Assembly: GCA_043800705.1 (NCBI GenBank)
Contig: JAZDMS010000001.1
Coordinates: 32,001-96,000, forward strand
Direction of reading: 5' to 3'
Length of the DNA: 64,000 nt
Source: Candidatus Altiarchaeota archaeon
Lineage (GTDB): Archaea > Altiarchaeota > Altiarchaeia > IMC4 > SCGC-AAA252-I15
The stretch's first letter is position 1; each line of letters begins with the position of its first letter. The notes beneath the pieces are model-generated. The model worked only from the letters and a program-made list of their open reading frames with translations, made no database searches and was not told the origin of the DNA. Made by a program: the position numbers and the translations under genes. Below, piece by piece: positions 29,617 to 40,830 of the stretch.

Positions 29617-30707
29617 GACGGACCTTCGCGATAGCTCGCCGGGAATTCAGGACGATGATGCGGGAAAAGAGCTTCATCCTCGTTTTGATATTCGAGATCC
29701 TGCTCGTCTCATCGTCCGCCTTCCTCAGCACAGGATACGGCGTGATGACCTCGCCGGAGTCGTCGGACCTGCTGAAAGGCTCGAGGAACATAATCTCAGT
29801 CGGCCTCGTGACGGACTCGAAACGTGAATTCGCGCAGCCCCTGCAGAAGGCCGGGATCGCCTACTACAACTACCTCAGCCTTTCGGCTGCGGAGGGGGAC
29901 TTCCAAAGCGGCCTGTTGGATGCTATAATAATCGGCAGCGTAGACCTCAGGAAGGACCCGTCGGTGATAACCGTCTACCTGCCGGATAACACCCCAAAGA
30001 TCGGCCTCATCCGTCTGTCCCTGAAGCGGTTCTTCCTCGACGTGGAGGAGCGGCTTCGGAACGTGAAGCTCCTCGTATACGCCCCGGACCTCAAGATCCT
30101 CGGCACCAGCGATTTTTCCGACTCCTCCCCGGCCCAGAACTTCGAGGTCTTCATGGTCTTCACCATACCTCTCCTGTTCTTCATGCCTGTCATAATGGGT
30201 GGCAGCCTGATAATCGACGGCCTCACGGAGGAATTGGAGTCGGGCAGGATACTCAATCTTCTTGCGGCCCCGCTCAGCGATGCATCCATAGTCGCTGGAA
30301 AATGCATCGGATGCCTCGCGGTCACGCTCCCCCACTGCCTGATATGGATTATCGTCCTTGCATTTACGCCATACGGCATACTGAATCCGCTAGGCATGTT
30401 CTTGGCATATTCGCTCTACTGCTCACTTTTCATACTTCTTGGCGCCGCCATCTCCATCTGGGTGAAGAGGAACAGGCCTGCGCAGATGGCATATACCCTC
30501 ATTGCGGTCGTGGCTATTTCCCTGATGTCCCCTTCGGCGAACGGCAGCCAGCTTTTGATCACGTCGTCTCCGTCGTACGTCTACACGAGCCTGGCGCTCG
30601 GTGCAGGCGTGGCGGAACACTGGATGCAATTGCTCCTGGCCGCCCTGGCGGAAGCCGGGCTCGCCATCCTGATAATGCGGCAGGCAAGGAGGATATCGGC
30701 GCCTTGA
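29613..30707 (+). CDS. ABC-2/NatB-like permease
   Basis: GTG overlapping the upstream stop; IARREF, EELESGRILNLLAAP...IVAGK. Confidence 0.8.
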   Translation: MRRTFAIARREFRTMMREKSFILVLIFEILLVSSSAFLSTGYGVMTSPESSDLLKGSRNIISVGLVTDSKREFAQPLQKAGIAYYNYLSLSAAEGDFQSGLLDAIIIGSVDLRKDPSVITVYLPDNTPKIGLIRLSLKRFFLDVEERLRNVKLLVYAPDLKILGTSDFSDSSPAQNFEVFMVFTIPLLFFMPVIMGGSLIIDGLTEELESGRILNLLAAPLSDASIVAGKCIGCLAVTLPHCLIWIIVLAFTPYGILNPLGMFLAYSLYCSLFILLGAAISIWVKRNRPAQMAYTLIAVVAISLMSPSANGSQLLITSSPSYVYTSLALGAGVAEHWMQLLLAALAEAGLAILIMRQARRISAP

Positions 30708-30806
30708 GGGATTCCTCATGCCGTCCTGTAATGGTCGATGCATCTGACGGCAGGAAGGCTCTCCGAAACCCGAAGACCTTTTAACCGTCGCTTGGAATAA
30801 TGTAAC

Positions 30807-31217
30807 ATGCGTACACTGGCCGTATTGCTCCTGGTCTCATTCGTCTGCGGCTGCTTCTGCTGCACGCCGGGCGGCGGGCCTGGCGGCCTGAAGACCACGT
30901 CGACAAACGGTGGCTCCACAGTGTCGATCCCCTCCGACCGGAACTTTTGCGAATCGCAAGGGGGAAGGTGGGGTGCAATCGGCCGCTTTCCGAAGGAAGT
31001 CTGCAATCTGCCGACTTCAGACGGCGGGAATGCATGTTCCGGTCAGGACGACTGCGTAGGCGCATGCCTCGCAGACCTCGACCAGAAAGAAATGGAGGCG
31101 GCAAGGAATGGGCAGACGATATCCGCAAGCGGAAGATGCACCCCCTGGAGGATGACCGTAGGCTGCCAGGCGAGGGTCGAAGACGGCAAGGTCCGAGGCA
31201 TCCTGTGCATGGACTGA
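30807..31217 (+). CDS. Small secreted Cys-rich protein
   Basis: Signal peptide; CESQGGRW...C.LPTSDGG.AC...DC.G.C...GC...LCMD. Confidence 0.7.
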   Translation: MRTLAVLLLVSFVCGCFCCTPGGGPGGLKTTSTNGGSTVSIPSDRNFCESQGGRWGAIGRFPKEVCNLPTSDGGNACSGQDDCVGACLADLDQKEMEAARNGQTISASGRCTPWRMTVGCQARVEDGKVRGILCMD

Positions 31218-31221
31218 CAGC

Positions 31222-31644
31222 TCATGCCTTGTACTGGTTCACGAGCCTGATGGCGGGATTGATGAAGTTCAATGCTGCAAACAGATCGTCAATCCTCTTC
31301 ACATAATATGTCTTCTCACCCTCGCGAGTCCTTATCACCACCATTTTCCTGCCGACCCAGAATACCTTGGTCACGAGCCAGTCCATCTTCAACACTGCTA
31401 CCTCGGTGACGTCGCCGATCTTTATAACGTCCTGCCTCCTGTCGGGAGCGTCCTTCCGAGACCTGTTGTATTGGAAGATGAAGCCGGTTTGGTAGAGGAT
31501 CAGCGTCCCCCATTTCAGGGTCCACGCCCCCCCGTCGCAGACGTTTTCCTCCAAGAAAACGACGGTGTTCTGGTCCACGATAATATATTGGGCCGGATAA
31601 ATATACATGACTACGGCCGGAAATCCCCTCAATCCCATGGACAC
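31222..31644 (-). CDS. Hypothetical protein, possible PH-like fold (start uncertain)
   Basis: WGTLILY...FIF...I.I.DVTEV...VIRT.EGEKTYYV plus C-terminal helix. Confidence 0.5.
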   Translation of the reverse strand: MSMGLRGFPAVVMYIYPAQYIIVDQNTVVFLEENVCDGGAWTLKWGTLILYQTGFIFQYNRSRKDAPDRRQDVIKIGDVTEVAVLKMDWLVTKVFWVGRKMVVIRTREGEKTYYVKRIDDLFAALNFINPAIRLVNQYKA

Positions 31645-31711
31645 GACGGGATATATGCGCTAAAAGTGGCAAATAAGCTGTCTTTCGCGTTTCTTTGGAC
31701 TATGTACGGCG

Positions 31712-32860
31712 CTAATCCGTCAGCTCCTTCGACCATATCCTGCCGTCCGAATCGTCGAATAACATTTCCGCGACATATCCCGCCCTGAAGCCGTTTTTTT
31801 CCAGAAAGCCATCTTCCCGCCTCCAACTGCCGGGAATCACGGTCCAAAGTCTTTTTCTGCCGGCTTTGGCTGCGATTTCCTGCGCAGCGGAAATGAGCGC
31901 GTCAGCCTGCCGCATGTCATCGACTCCTGTGAAAGGCCCATGGACGTATGCACCGTCCTTCCCGTCGAGGATGACGCCCCCGTACCCCCTCAATGCCCCA
32001 TCGGAAAAGGCCCCGAATGCGATTCCGACAAACGCCATTGATTTCACGAAATAGATGGTCGACGGCGGACTGAAGGCCTCTCCTTCGAGTTTCAGCGCAT
32101 CGCGGAACTCCATGGTCGTCGTGATGGGCCGGATGCCATCGCCGCTGTCGGACGGCATATGAATCCCGCTCACCCCCTTCGCGTACGGATGTTCAGCCCT
32201 GCGGAATCCGAGCATCGGGCCACCCTCGCACCGTATCAGCTGATAAGCCTCGAAGCCGTCCCTGAACGCCCCCTCGAGGGCTTCCGTGTCCCTGACATCC
32301 ACGCTCAGCTCCGGCCTTTGCCCTCGGCGGCCGTCTTCGGCCTTCAGGTCCTTCCTTATCAGCAACCTGTGGGAGCCGAGTCCGTAATCCGCTTCGCCAA
32401 AGTAGTCCGTGAAAATCGCGGCCGCCACGAAATCCAGCTTGTTCAGGTAGCTGTTCAGCTGCGGGCCGTTGAGGGGGCTGACATGCGAATAGACGACGCC
32501 AGAGCCGGCGACTCTCGCCCTTTTAATGGACTCGGCAGCCATCAATGTGCCGAGGCCGCGGCTCTGTAGGACGGTCGAAACCCCTGTCGTCATGGAGTAG
32601 ATCCCCCCGCATGCGTCGAATAGCAGCGCCTTTTCAGCGACAACTTTCCCCCCGGATTTGACGCCTATCAGGAATCCCGCCCTTGAGGCGACGAAGAGCT
32701 CATGCAATGGCATGCCAGTGTCCCGAAAAGCCTCCCTGTCGACGGCAGCCGCCTCCCGCATGTCTGCCATTCGGGTGAGGTCCTCGACCGCATCCTCCTT
32801 AAGGGGAGCTATCGGCCCATCCCTGGGAGTGATCCTCTCCCTGCTCACCGGACTAATCAT
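31712..32860 (-). CDS. Tandem GNAT-domain protein
   Basis: QSRGLGT acetyl-CoA loop, SHVSPLN...NKLDF...DYFG...HRL; second degenerate GNAT ending FLEKNGF. Confidence 0.7.
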   Translation of the reverse strand: MISPVSRERITPRDGPIAPLKEDAVEDLTRMADMREAAAVDREAFRDTGMPLHELFVASRAGFLIGVKSGGKVVAEKALLFDACGGIYSMTTGVSTVLQSRGLGTLMAAESIKRARVAGSGVVYSHVSPLNGPQLNSYLNKLDFVAAAIFTDYFGEADYGLGSHRLLIRKDLKAEDGRRGQRPELSVDVRDTEALEGAFRDGFEAYQLIRCEGGPMLGFRRAEHPYAKGVSGIHMPSDSGDGIRPITTTMEFRDALKLEGEAFSPPSTIYFVKSMAFVGIAFGAFSDGALRGYGGVILDGKDGAYVHGPFTGVDDMRQADALISAAQEIAAKAGRKRLWTVIPGSWRREDGFLEKNGFRAGYVAEMLFDDSDGRIWSKELTD

Positions 32861-34650
32861 CTGCCTTTCCTCAACACGAATATGGCCCTATCATGCGGAT
32901 TCTCCCCTGGCCTGTCGAATTCCTCCGGCCTAATCACATACACCACCCGAAAGCCCTTGTCTGTGAGGCTCTTTATGAGGCCATAGTTCGTCGAATGCGT
33001 GAGCACACCGTCCGGGTCATGGATTTTCGCGTATCCGGTGAAGCTTTCGGCCAGCGGCATATCCCCCCACGCAGGCCTCTTCGAAGCCGCCTTCTCGCTG
33101 ACGTCATTCTCGCCGACGGCTTTTTCGACGACCATCCTGTGCCTTCCGTTCCCGTAGTAGTCCAGCAGGACCTTAGACCCGACATGCCCTCTCCTGTTTA
33201 TGTTGGCCTCCATCACGGGAAAATCGACGGTGTCTGCGGTCGTCCAGACCCTGTTTCGGCCGTGTCTTCTGGCCATCTTTTCGGCGACGCCGACCATGCC
33301 GTATCGAAGCTCCATTTCGTCAAAGCCCCTGGCGACGGTGACTCCGTGGCAGAACAGGCCGCCGTCCACGTCGAAGACCGCTGGCAGCTCCGCCGCTATC
33401 GAGCCCCTGGCATCCTTCGCTAATAGGAGGTATCCTGTTCTGGCTATCCTTATGAGCATCTGCGGCGACTCCGCTGACGCCTCCCCATGCGTCGATTTCT
33501 CGATTTCGTTCGCCGCGAACGCGTCCTCCACGTCCTCGGAGACGTGGACCTCGATTCCCGTGGGCGGCAGCGGAAAGGCTTCCTGCTGAACGGGCCTTTT
33601 CCAGTGTCTTCTGCCAGCCTTCCGCAGCCTCAGGACCATCCCCCCCTCGAAGTCCTCCAAGCCTTCGATACTGAAGGCGTCGTCGTTCAGGATACCCTCG
33701 TAGTCGATGCCTGTCGAATAGCGTATACTCTGCGATTCCCTCCCGGGGTCGAATGCCTCGACCAACGGCGGAACGTCCCGTGCCGGAGGCGCGGATTCCG
33801 TCCTCTCCAGAAGCAGCTGGCTGACGTTGTCTCCGAAGTAGTTCATGAGGTAGTGTACCATCCTGAAGCCGCATTCGAAGTATGTCCTGGCGGCGTTCGG
33901 ATTGTTAATCCCCACCGTCGTCCAGAACCTCCTCCCCGGCTGAAGGCTGATGGCCTTCCTGATGAGGCTCCTCCTGACCCCGTACCCCTCCCACCCCATC
34001 GCCACGCACAGGCTGTAGACGTAGAAGCTTTCATCGCGGTCGAAGATGAATTCCCCGACCCCTATGAGGTTCCCCAGAGAGTTCCTCACACCCAAGAGAA
34101 TCCCCGTAGTTGCGACCATCGATACCGAGTATATGTTGTCGGAGGACCCGCCGAGGACGCTCTGGTTGAACCTCAACGCCTCCAAGAACCTGTCGGGTCT
34201 GACTATAGGGTCGCACCTGTATTCCATCCTCCCCGAAAGCATCAGCTCCTCGACGGGCACCTTCAGTGCACTGGCAGCGTATGCCAGGGCATGGCTGACG
34301 GAGCCGGACTCGCGGACCATCTTGTTCAGCACATCAAGGGCGTAGGCGGATTTGACGAGCGAATCCAAGGCCTCGCTGTCGAGGGCCATCCCATACCTAT
34401 CTCTCATCATTGACTCGATGCCTTTGAATATCCCGCGGTGCCCCCCGTCCTCCAGCATCGCATCGACGACCTTGCCCGGCTCTATCCCGATGCTGCCCGC
34501 AAGCCGGTCAAGCTCGAGCGACACGGAAGTGTACAGCTGTTTGCCCTCCAGCCTCCCAGACACTATCTGCCCCAGCGTCAGGTTCAGGTCCTCCACAGCG
34601 TCCAATTCCCCCAGCTCCTTCGGCCTTAGGCTGATGAGCTCGTCTGGCAC
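32857..34650 (-). CDS. Multi-GNAT-domain protein with N-terminal helical region (start uncertain)
   Basis: WEGYGV, WTTV..NN..A...Y..CGF...NYFG; second repeat WTT...DYYG..RHR. Confidence 0.65.
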   Translation of the reverse strand: MPDELISLRPKELGELDAVEDLNLTLGQIVSGRLEGKQLYTSVSLELDRLAGSIGIEPGKVVDAMLEDGGHRGIFKGIESMMRDRYGMALDSEALDSLVKSAYALDVLNKMVRESGSVSHALAYAASALKVPVEELMLSGRMEYRCDPIVRPDRFLEALRFNQSVLGGSSDNIYSVSMVATTGILLGVRNSLGNLIGVGEFIFDRDESFYVYSLCVAMGWEGYGVRRSLIRKAISLQPGRRFWTTVGINNPNAARTYFECGFRMVHYLMNYFGDNVSQLLLERTESAPPARDVPPLVEAFDPGRESQSIRYSTGIDYEGILNDDAFSIEGLEDFEGGMVLRLRKAGRRHWKRPVQQEAFPLPPTGIEVHVSEDVEDAFAANEIEKSTHGEASAESPQMLIRIARTGYLLLAKDARGSIAAELPAVFDVDGGLFCHGVTVARGFDEMELRYGMVGVAEKMARRHGRNRVWTTADTVDFPVMEANINRRGHVGSKVLLDYYGNGRHRMVVEKAVGENDVSEKAASKRPAWGDMPLAESFTGYAKIHDPDGVLTHSTNYGLIKSLTDKGFRVVYVIRPEEFDRPGENPHDRAIFVLRKGR

Positions 34651-34767
34651 AGTTACTTCTGGGAAAAGCCGATAATAACTGAAACACAGGCCGATTGGCC
34701 GGCGCAAAAACTGGAAGAATCCGGCGCAGCCCCGTTTATTACTGTCAAATCGCATATTTCACCCATC

Positions 34768-37611
34768 ATGTCCCAGGATAAATCGCTTGAGGCCAAATGG
34801 CTCGCCAGATGGCGCCGGGAGAGGGTTTTCGAATCTGACCCCGATTCATCGAAACCGAAATACTACCTCACCGTGCCCTACCCCTATGCGTCCGGGGCTT
34901 TGCACGTCGGACACGCCAGAAGCTACACCCTTGGCGACGTTACGGCCAGGTACAAGCGGATGAGCGGCTTCAACGTCCTCTTCCCTATGGCATCACACAT
35001 CACGGGAACGCCCATACTCGCAATATCCAGGAAGATCGAGCAGGGCGACGAGAAGGCACTCAAGGGCCACAAGGAATACGTCTCATTCTACGAGCCCGAC
35101 ACCGGCAAAATCGACGGAATAGTCTCTGGATTCAAGGACCCCGAGAACGTGGCTAAATTCTACGCCAACGCCATCCGCCAGGACTTCGAGGACATGGGCT
35201 ACGCCATCGACTGGCGGAGATTCTTCACCACCGGCGACAGGATATACAACGCATTCGTCCGCTGGCAGTACCTCAAGCTCAAGGAGAAGGGATACATCGG
35301 CAAAGGCAAGCATGCAGTGTATTTCTGCACCGGATGCTCTAATCCTGTCACAACCGACGACATAAAATCCGGAGACGAATACGAGATCGGGATGAGCGAA
35401 TACTACCTCATCAAGATGAAATTCGAGGACGGCTGGATAGTCGCCGCCACCCTTCGCCCTGAGACCGTCTTCGGGATAGTCAACACATGGATTAACCCGG
35501 ACGAGACATATGTGAAGGCTACTGTGGACGGCGAAACCTGGTACGTCGCCGAGAGGTTCGGCAGGAAGTTCGGCGACCAGCAGCACGAAGTCAAGGTCGT
35601 GAAATCGATGAAGGGTTCGGAGTTAGTCGGAAAGAAGCTGACCGTCCCCCTGGTGAACCGCGTAGTCCCCCTCCTAGCCGCCGAATTCGTGGACGCCGAC
35701 ATCGCGACCGGCGTCGTCAACAGCGTCCCCGCCCACGCACCCTACGACTACATAGCCGGCCTCGAGGCTGAAAAGAGGCTCAACATCAAGCTGACTCCGA
35801 TACCCCTCATCAGCGTCGACGGCTATTCCGCAGTCCCAGCCAAGGACCTTGTCGAAAAGGGGGGAATAACGTCCCAGACCGAAGTCGACATGCTGGACAA
35901 GGTGACTGCTGAACTCTACAAGGACGAATTCTACCGCGGAACGATGAACGACAACTGCGGAGACTACGCCGGGATGAGGGTCCAGGAGGCCAAGGACCAG
36001 GTCATCGACCGCCTCCGGGGCATGGGGCAGCTTTCGACGATGTACGATATGGCTATCAAGGACCGCGCCGGCGCCCTCGTCAAGAACCCGCAATGCAGGT
36101 GTGGAACCAGCCTCACAATAAAGATCCTATCGGACCAGTGGTTCCTGAACTACGGCGACCGCGGATGGAAGGAGCTGGCGAAAGAACTCCTTCTCAAGCT
36201 GGACATCGAGCCGCAGATGTACCGCCGCGGCTTCGAACACACCATCGACTGGCTGCACGAATGGCCGTGCACGAGGAACAGGGGCCTCGGGACAAAGCTC
36301 CCATTCGACGAGAAATGGATGATCGAATCCCTCTCGGACAGCACGGTCTACATGGCGTTCTACACGATATCGGGCCGGATAAAGGCGGGCAAGATCGCGG
36401 AATCCCAGCTTCAGCCCGAATTCTTCGACCACGTCTTCCTCGGAGCCGGCGAGCCCGGATCGGTCGCGAAGAAGTGCGGCATCGATGCCGAAACCCTCTC
36501 CCAGATGCGAAAAGAATTCCTCTACTGGTATCCGATGGACGAGCGCAGGACCGCGACGGCGCACATATCCAACCACCTCACGTTCATGATGTTCCACCAC
36601 GCCGCGATCTTCGAAAGCCAGCACTGGCCGAAGAAGATAAGCCTAAACGAGATGCTCATAGCCGAAGGCCGGAAGATGAGCAAGAGCCTCGGCAACGTCA
36701 TACCCATCCACACGAGCATCGGCAAATACGGCGCCGACGTCGTCAGGCTGTATCTCGTGTATGCCGCGGACCCGGAGACGACCCTCGACTGGAGGGAGAG
36801 CCAGGCCGAGAACACGAGAAAACGGCTGAGACAATTCCAGGAGATGGTGGAGAAGGCTGCGGCGATGCCTGATGCGAAACAGGCCGAGAACGACGTTGAC
36901 AAGTGGCTCAGAAACAGGATGACGGAACGCGTATGCGCCGCTAGGGCATCCCTGGACGACTCAAACGCCCGCAAGGCGATACAGTCGACCCTATACGACC
37001 TCCTGGCGGACATAAACTGGTACGTCAGACGGCAGGATAAGCCGAACCCCGGCCTCATGCGGGAGCTGGCCGACAAATGGATACGGCTCATGAGCCCGTT
37101 CACGCCGTTCACCTGCGAGGAACTGTGGGAGAAGACCGGCCACAAGAGCCTCGTCACCACTGAGAAATACCCGGCCGCAGACGAAAAGACCATCGACCCG
37201 ATAGTCGACGCCAAGGAGGAATACATCCGGAACATCCTCTCCGACACCCAGAACATATTCCAGGTCCTAAAGAAACCCGCAAAATCCATACACCTCTACG
37301 TCTCTTCCCCTTGGAAATACGGGGTGTACTCCTCCATCAAAGAAGGCAAATCCATGAAAGACCTGATGGCGGACCCCGCCCTGAGGCAGTACGGAAAGGA
37401 AATCGCGAAACTGGCGCAGATGAGAAAGGAGCAGCTGCCTGCAGTGATCCTGGATCGCCCGGCCGAACACAAGACTCTCCAAGACGCCCAGCCATTCCTG
37501 TCGAAAGAACTGGGAATACCGGCGACGGTATACGACGAGGCCACCTACGACCCAGAACAGAAGAGCAGACACGCAGCCCCGATGAAGCCCGGAATATACG
37601 CCGAATGCTAA
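34768..37611 (+). CDS. leuS: Leucine--tRNA ligase (archaeal type)
   Basis: [49 protein letters not shown]. Confidence 0.97.
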   Translation: MSQDKSLEAKWLARWRRERVFESDPDSSKPKYYLTVPYPYASGALHVGHARSYTLGDVTARYKRMSGFNVLFPMASHITGTPILAISRKIEQGDEKALKGHKEYVSFYEPDTGKIDGIVSGFKDPENVAKFYANAIRQDFEDMGYAIDWRRFFTTGDRIYNAFVRWQYLKLKEKGYIGKGKHAVYFCTGCSNPVTTDDIKSGDEYEIGMSEYYLIKMKFEDGWIVAATLRPETVFGIVNTWINPDETYVKATVDGETWYVAERFGRKFGDQQHEVKVVKSMKGSELVGKKLTVPLVNRVVPLLAAEFVDADIATGVVNSVPAHAPYDYIAGLEAEKRLNIKLTPIPLISVDGYSAVPAKDLVEKGGITSQTEVDMLDKVTAELYKDEFYRGTMNDNCGDYAGMRVQEAKDQVIDRLRGMGQLSTMYDMAIKDRAGALVKNPQCRCGTSLTIKILSDQWFLNYGDRGWKELAKELLLKLDIEPQMYRRGFEHTIDWLHEWPCTRNRGLGTKLPFDEKWMIESLSDSTVYMAFYTISGRIKAGKIAESQLQPEFFDHVFLGAGEPGSVAKKCGIDAETLSQMRKEFLYWYPMDERRTATAHISNHLTFMMFHHAAIFESQHWPKKISLNEMLIAEGRKMSKSLGNVIPIHTSIGKYGADVVRLYLVYAADPETTLDWRESQAENTRKRLRQFQEMVEKAAAMPDAKQAENDVDKWLRNRMTERVCAARASLDDSNARKAIQSTLYDLLADINWYVRRQDKPNPGLMRELADKWIRLMSPFTPFTCEELWEKTGHKSLVTTEKYPAADEKTIDPIVDAKEEYIRNILSDTQNIFQVLKKPAKSIHLYVSSPWKYGVYSSIKEGKSMKDLMADPALRQYGKEIAKLAQMRKEQLPAVILDRPAEHKTLQDAQPFLSKELGIPATVYDEATYDPEQKSRHAAPMKPGIYAEC

Positions 37612-38897
37612 CGGAACGCTCTCCGCTGGCCCTGGGGGCGCCTGTGCATCATCTTCTTCGACGGATACTTCCCCGGCCTGCCTCCATGCTGCTGCGGCCT
37701 CTGCATATTCCTCGGAGGCCTCCTCGCCGCACGGCCCATGGCATACATCGCCTCATGGCTGTGGTACGGGTGGTCTTCGACGGTCTTAATCGGCTTCTTG
37801 ACGAACTTTTCAATATCCCTCAGGCAGTCCCTCTCCGAAGCCTCGCAGAACGAGATCGCGATCCCGGCCGCGCCGGCCCTGGCGGTCCTGCCTATCCTGT
37901 GGACATAGCTCTCCGGCTCGTCGGGCAGCTCGTAGTTGATGACATGCGTGATGTCGTCGACGTCGATTCCCCTCGCCGCAATATCCGTGGCCACGAGCAC
38001 CGGCGTCTTCCCGCTCTTGAACGCATGCAACGCCTGCATCCTCGCGGACTGGCTCTTGTTGCCGTGGATCGCCTGCGCGGGAATGTTCTCCTTCGCAAGA
38101 TTCAACGCCACCCTGTTCGCAGAATGCTTCGTCCTCGTGAACACGAGCGTCCTCACCGTCCCCTGCTGCCTCAGAATCCTCGAAAGCAGCGGCCTCTTGT
38201 TATCCTTATCTACGAACATGACCTGCTGGTCGACGAGGTCGACGGTCGGAGACTCCGGCGTCACGGAAACTTTCACCGGGTCAGTGAGAATATTATGGGA
38301 CAGCGACACTATCTCCTGCGGCATCGTAGCGGAGAAGAAAAGCGACTGCCTCTTGTGCGGAAGCCTGGCGATGATCTTCCTGATGTCTTGTATGAACCCC
38401 ATGTCGAGCATCCGGTCCGCCTCGTCCAAGACAAATATTTCGACACCATCCAGCCTGATATGCCCCTGGTTCATCAGGTCCAGAAGCCTCCCCGGAGTAG
38501 CGATGAGGACGTCGACGCCCCTGTACATCGAATGCACCTGCGGATTCTGGCCGACCCCGCCGAAAACCACAGCCTGCGACTGATGCATATAGCGACCGTA
38601 CGTCCTGAAGCTGTCCCCTATCTGCGCAGCCAACTCCCTCGTCGGCGTAAGAATCAACACCCTCGTAGTCCTGCTGGCTGCCTGCCTCCTGTTCGCAGCC
38701 AGACGCTGCATGATCGGCAAAGCAAAGGCCGCAGTCTTCCCCGTCCCCGTCTGCGCGACCCCGATGATGTCCCTCCCCCTCAATACATGCGGAATGGACT
38801 GTATCTGGATGTCGGTAGGCCTCTCATAGCCCTCATCCCTTAAGGCCCGCCTCAGCGGCTCGACCAACAACAGATCCTCAAACGTCGCATCAACCAT
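37608..38897 (-). CDS. DEAD-box RNA helicase (RhlE-like)
   Basis: [31 protein letters not shown]. Confidence 0.95.
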   Translation of the reverse strand: MVDATFEDLLLVEPLRRALRDEGYERPTDIQIQSIPHVLRGRDIIGVAQTGTGKTAAFALPIMQRLAANRRQAASRTTRVLILTPTRELAAQIGDSFRTYGRYMHQSQAVVFGGVGQNPQVHSMYRGVDVLIATPGRLLDLMNQGHIRLDGVEIFVLDEADRMLDMGFIQDIRKIIARLPHKRQSLFFSATMPQEIVSLSHNILTDPVKVSVTPESPTVDLVDQQVMFVDKDNKRPLLSRILRQQGTVRTLVFTRTKHSANRVALNLAKENIPAQAIHGNKSQSARMQALHAFKSGKTPVLVATDIAARGIDVDDITHVINYELPDEPESYVHRIGRTARAGAAGIAISFCEASERDCLRDIEKFVKKPIKTVEDHPYHSHEAMYAMGRAARRPPRNMQRPQQHGGRPGKYPSKKMMHRRPQGQRRAFR

Positions 38898-39039
38898 GGT
38901 CAAGTGTTAATGTTTAATCGAATAAATACTGCGACCATACTTGACGGCAACCGACACGGGAACGATCTCACATATCCGCCATCCATATGCCAGCCGGATA
39001 TTACCCCCGATTTGGACTAATCCGCCGCCTGATCGTCGG

Positions 39040-39750
39040 CTACCTCAGGTATTTCACGTTCAAGGCCGACCTCCCTCCATTGGAGTAAATCGACGAATTA
39101 CTCGCCTGACCTCCCCCTCCCCTCCTTTTGAATACGAAGTAGAGAATCAATGCCGCTGTCACGATCATTGCAAGGAAGAGAAGCCCCAGAACGGCGAACA
39201 CGACGGCCCAGACGAGGTTCGACGGCGCGCTCTGGGACGGAACAGCATCCGCTTTGTTCACGGATTGAACCGTAGACGTCGTCGTAATCATGGATGTTGA
39301 GGGCGTCGGCAAAGGCTGCATGGGACTTGTATCCCCCCTCAGAGTCGTAGACGTCGTCGTCACGACCTCAGCGACAGCATCCGGCGGCATTTGCGACCCA
39401 TCGGCGAGGCATCTGCCACCCTGGCACCGCTGACCGCTACCACATTCGGCCACGACCGTCACATTCGTCTTCGAGACGCACCTGGCCGCCTCAGTCCCGC
39501 CGTTCTCGCACGTGCCATACTTCACGTCCCGCACAGCAACGCCGTTTTGGCAATATGGCGGCCCGCGCAGCGGCATCATGCAACCCGCATCCGTGAAACA
39601 CCTCACATTATTGTAGTCTATGGCCTCGGTCGTAGTCGTCGAAGAAGACGACGCAGTCGACGAATCAGCGCCCAAGACAGAGGCCGACACCACAGCCAAA
39701 GCTGCAATCACCCCCAAACATAAGCGGAACTGGCGGGCATATGACCGCAT
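39040..39750 (-). CDS. Hypothetical secreted, membrane-anchored Cys-containing protein
   Basis: Signal peptide, Cys-rich domain, Thr-rich stalk, TM followed by KRR. Confidence 0.65.
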   Translation of the reverse strand: MRSYARQFRLCLGVIAALAVVSASVLGADSSTASSSSTTTTEAIDYNNVRCFTDAGCMMPLRGPPYCQNGVAVRDVKYGTCENGGTEAARCVSKTNVTVVAECGSGQRCQGGRCLADGSQMPPDAVAEVVTTTSTTLRGDTSPMQPLPTPSTSMITTTSTVQSVNKADAVPSQSAPSNLVWAVVFAVLGLLFLAMIVTAALILYFVFKRRGGGGQASNSSIYSNGGRSALNVKYLR

Positions 39751-39821
39751 CAACCTAAAACATGTACTAACAAATAAATAACCCGGCGAAACCCCCCAAC
39801 AGCCCCCCTGAGCGGCCAACC

Positions 39822-40559
39822 TTACCCTTTTTTGTTCAAAACGCTTTTAGATTCCTTTTCCCATCGTGCGCTCCGTATCGTGCTGCTTTCAGCGGCCACT
39901 TCGGAGGCGGTCATCCTGATCTGTAGTTCTAAACGTTTTATCTCCTGTTCCAAACGTTTCATCTCCTGCAGACGATCCCCAATATTCTTCTCGTACGCCT
40001 CATATTCCATTTTCCTGTCATCATCCGCCTTTTTCTGGCGCTCCAACTCCCTGCGGGCGTCTTCCAACCCTTTCTTCAGCTCCGCAAATTCCAGTTTCCT
40101 GTCGTCATCCAGCTTTTTCTGGCGCTCAAGCTCCGCCATACGGGCCACGGCCGACCTTTTTTCCAGCTCCGCAAATTGCTGATTCCTCTGATCATCCGAC
40201 TTTTTCTGGCGCTCCGCATCCGACTTGCGCGCTTCTTCCACCCGTTCTTCCAACGCAGCAAATTCCTGTTTCCGCCCATCATCCGACTGTTTCAGACGCT
40301 CCAAATAAGCCTTACGGGCATCTTCCCCCTCCTTGCGAGCCCTCTCAAGCTTTTTTTCCAGATCCATTATGGCGACGTGCCTTTCACGAACAGCATCCAA
40401 CTCCCGGTACAGGGAAAACTCATCCGGCCTGATCCACTCATCCGCATACTGGCTTTTGAAGCGGACCAACCCTTTAGCATTCGGCTCTTGCGTAACCTCC
40501 TCGTCAGCGTTTTTCCCGCCCGCCAAAGGCCTCCCCTCAGCAGAATAACCGTCCTTCAT
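39822..40559 (-). CDS. Coiled-coil protein with ~29-aa repeats
   Basis: ERQKKxDDxRKxEFAELE repeated 4 times. Confidence 0.65.
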   Translation of the reverse strand: MKDGYSAEGRPLAGGKNADEEVTQEPNAKGLVRFKSQYADEWIRPDEFSLYRELDAVRERHVAIMDLEKKLERARKEGEDARKAYLERLKQSDDGRKQEFAALEERVEEARKSDAERQKKSDDQRNQQFAELEKRSAVARMAELERQKKLDDDRKLEFAELKKGLEDARRELERQKKADDDRKMEYEAYEKNIGDRLQEMKRLEQEIKRLELQIRMTASEVAAESSTIRSARWEKESKSVLNKKG

Positions 40560-40731
40560 TGTAAAGTTATTGTCATCTCAGGGTTTAAATTCGGGGGAAA
40601 AAGCCGACTAGAAGGTATCGTGGTGCTGCTGCCTAACACGTACCCCTACTGGGCTTTCGCTGCGGCTTCAGTCCCTCTGTCCGTGACCTGATTTCTCTTA
40701 AACCCATACTTCATATCAATATCCGTATAAT

Positions 40732-40830
40732 GGGCCTGTGGGGTAGCGGATATCCTACGGGGCTTCGGAGAACCAAAAAAACCAGGTTCAAAGACACCCC
40801 GGGACGAGGGTTCGAATCCCTCCAGGCTCG
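40732..40830 (+). tRNA. tRNA-Arg(TCG) with 27-nt intron at 37/38 (40769-40795)
   Basis: Acceptor GGGCCTG/CAGGCTC, anticodon stem CGGGG/CCCCG, TCG at 40765-40767, T-arm GAGGG-TTCGAAT-CCCTC, BHB-like intron; CCA not encoded. Confidence 0.92.

Noticed and set aside
37311-38843. 510-aa plus-strand ORF
   Set aside because: Antisense shadow of the DEAD-box helicase in GC-rich DNA; the same applies to 13124-14338 and many other overlapping ORFs
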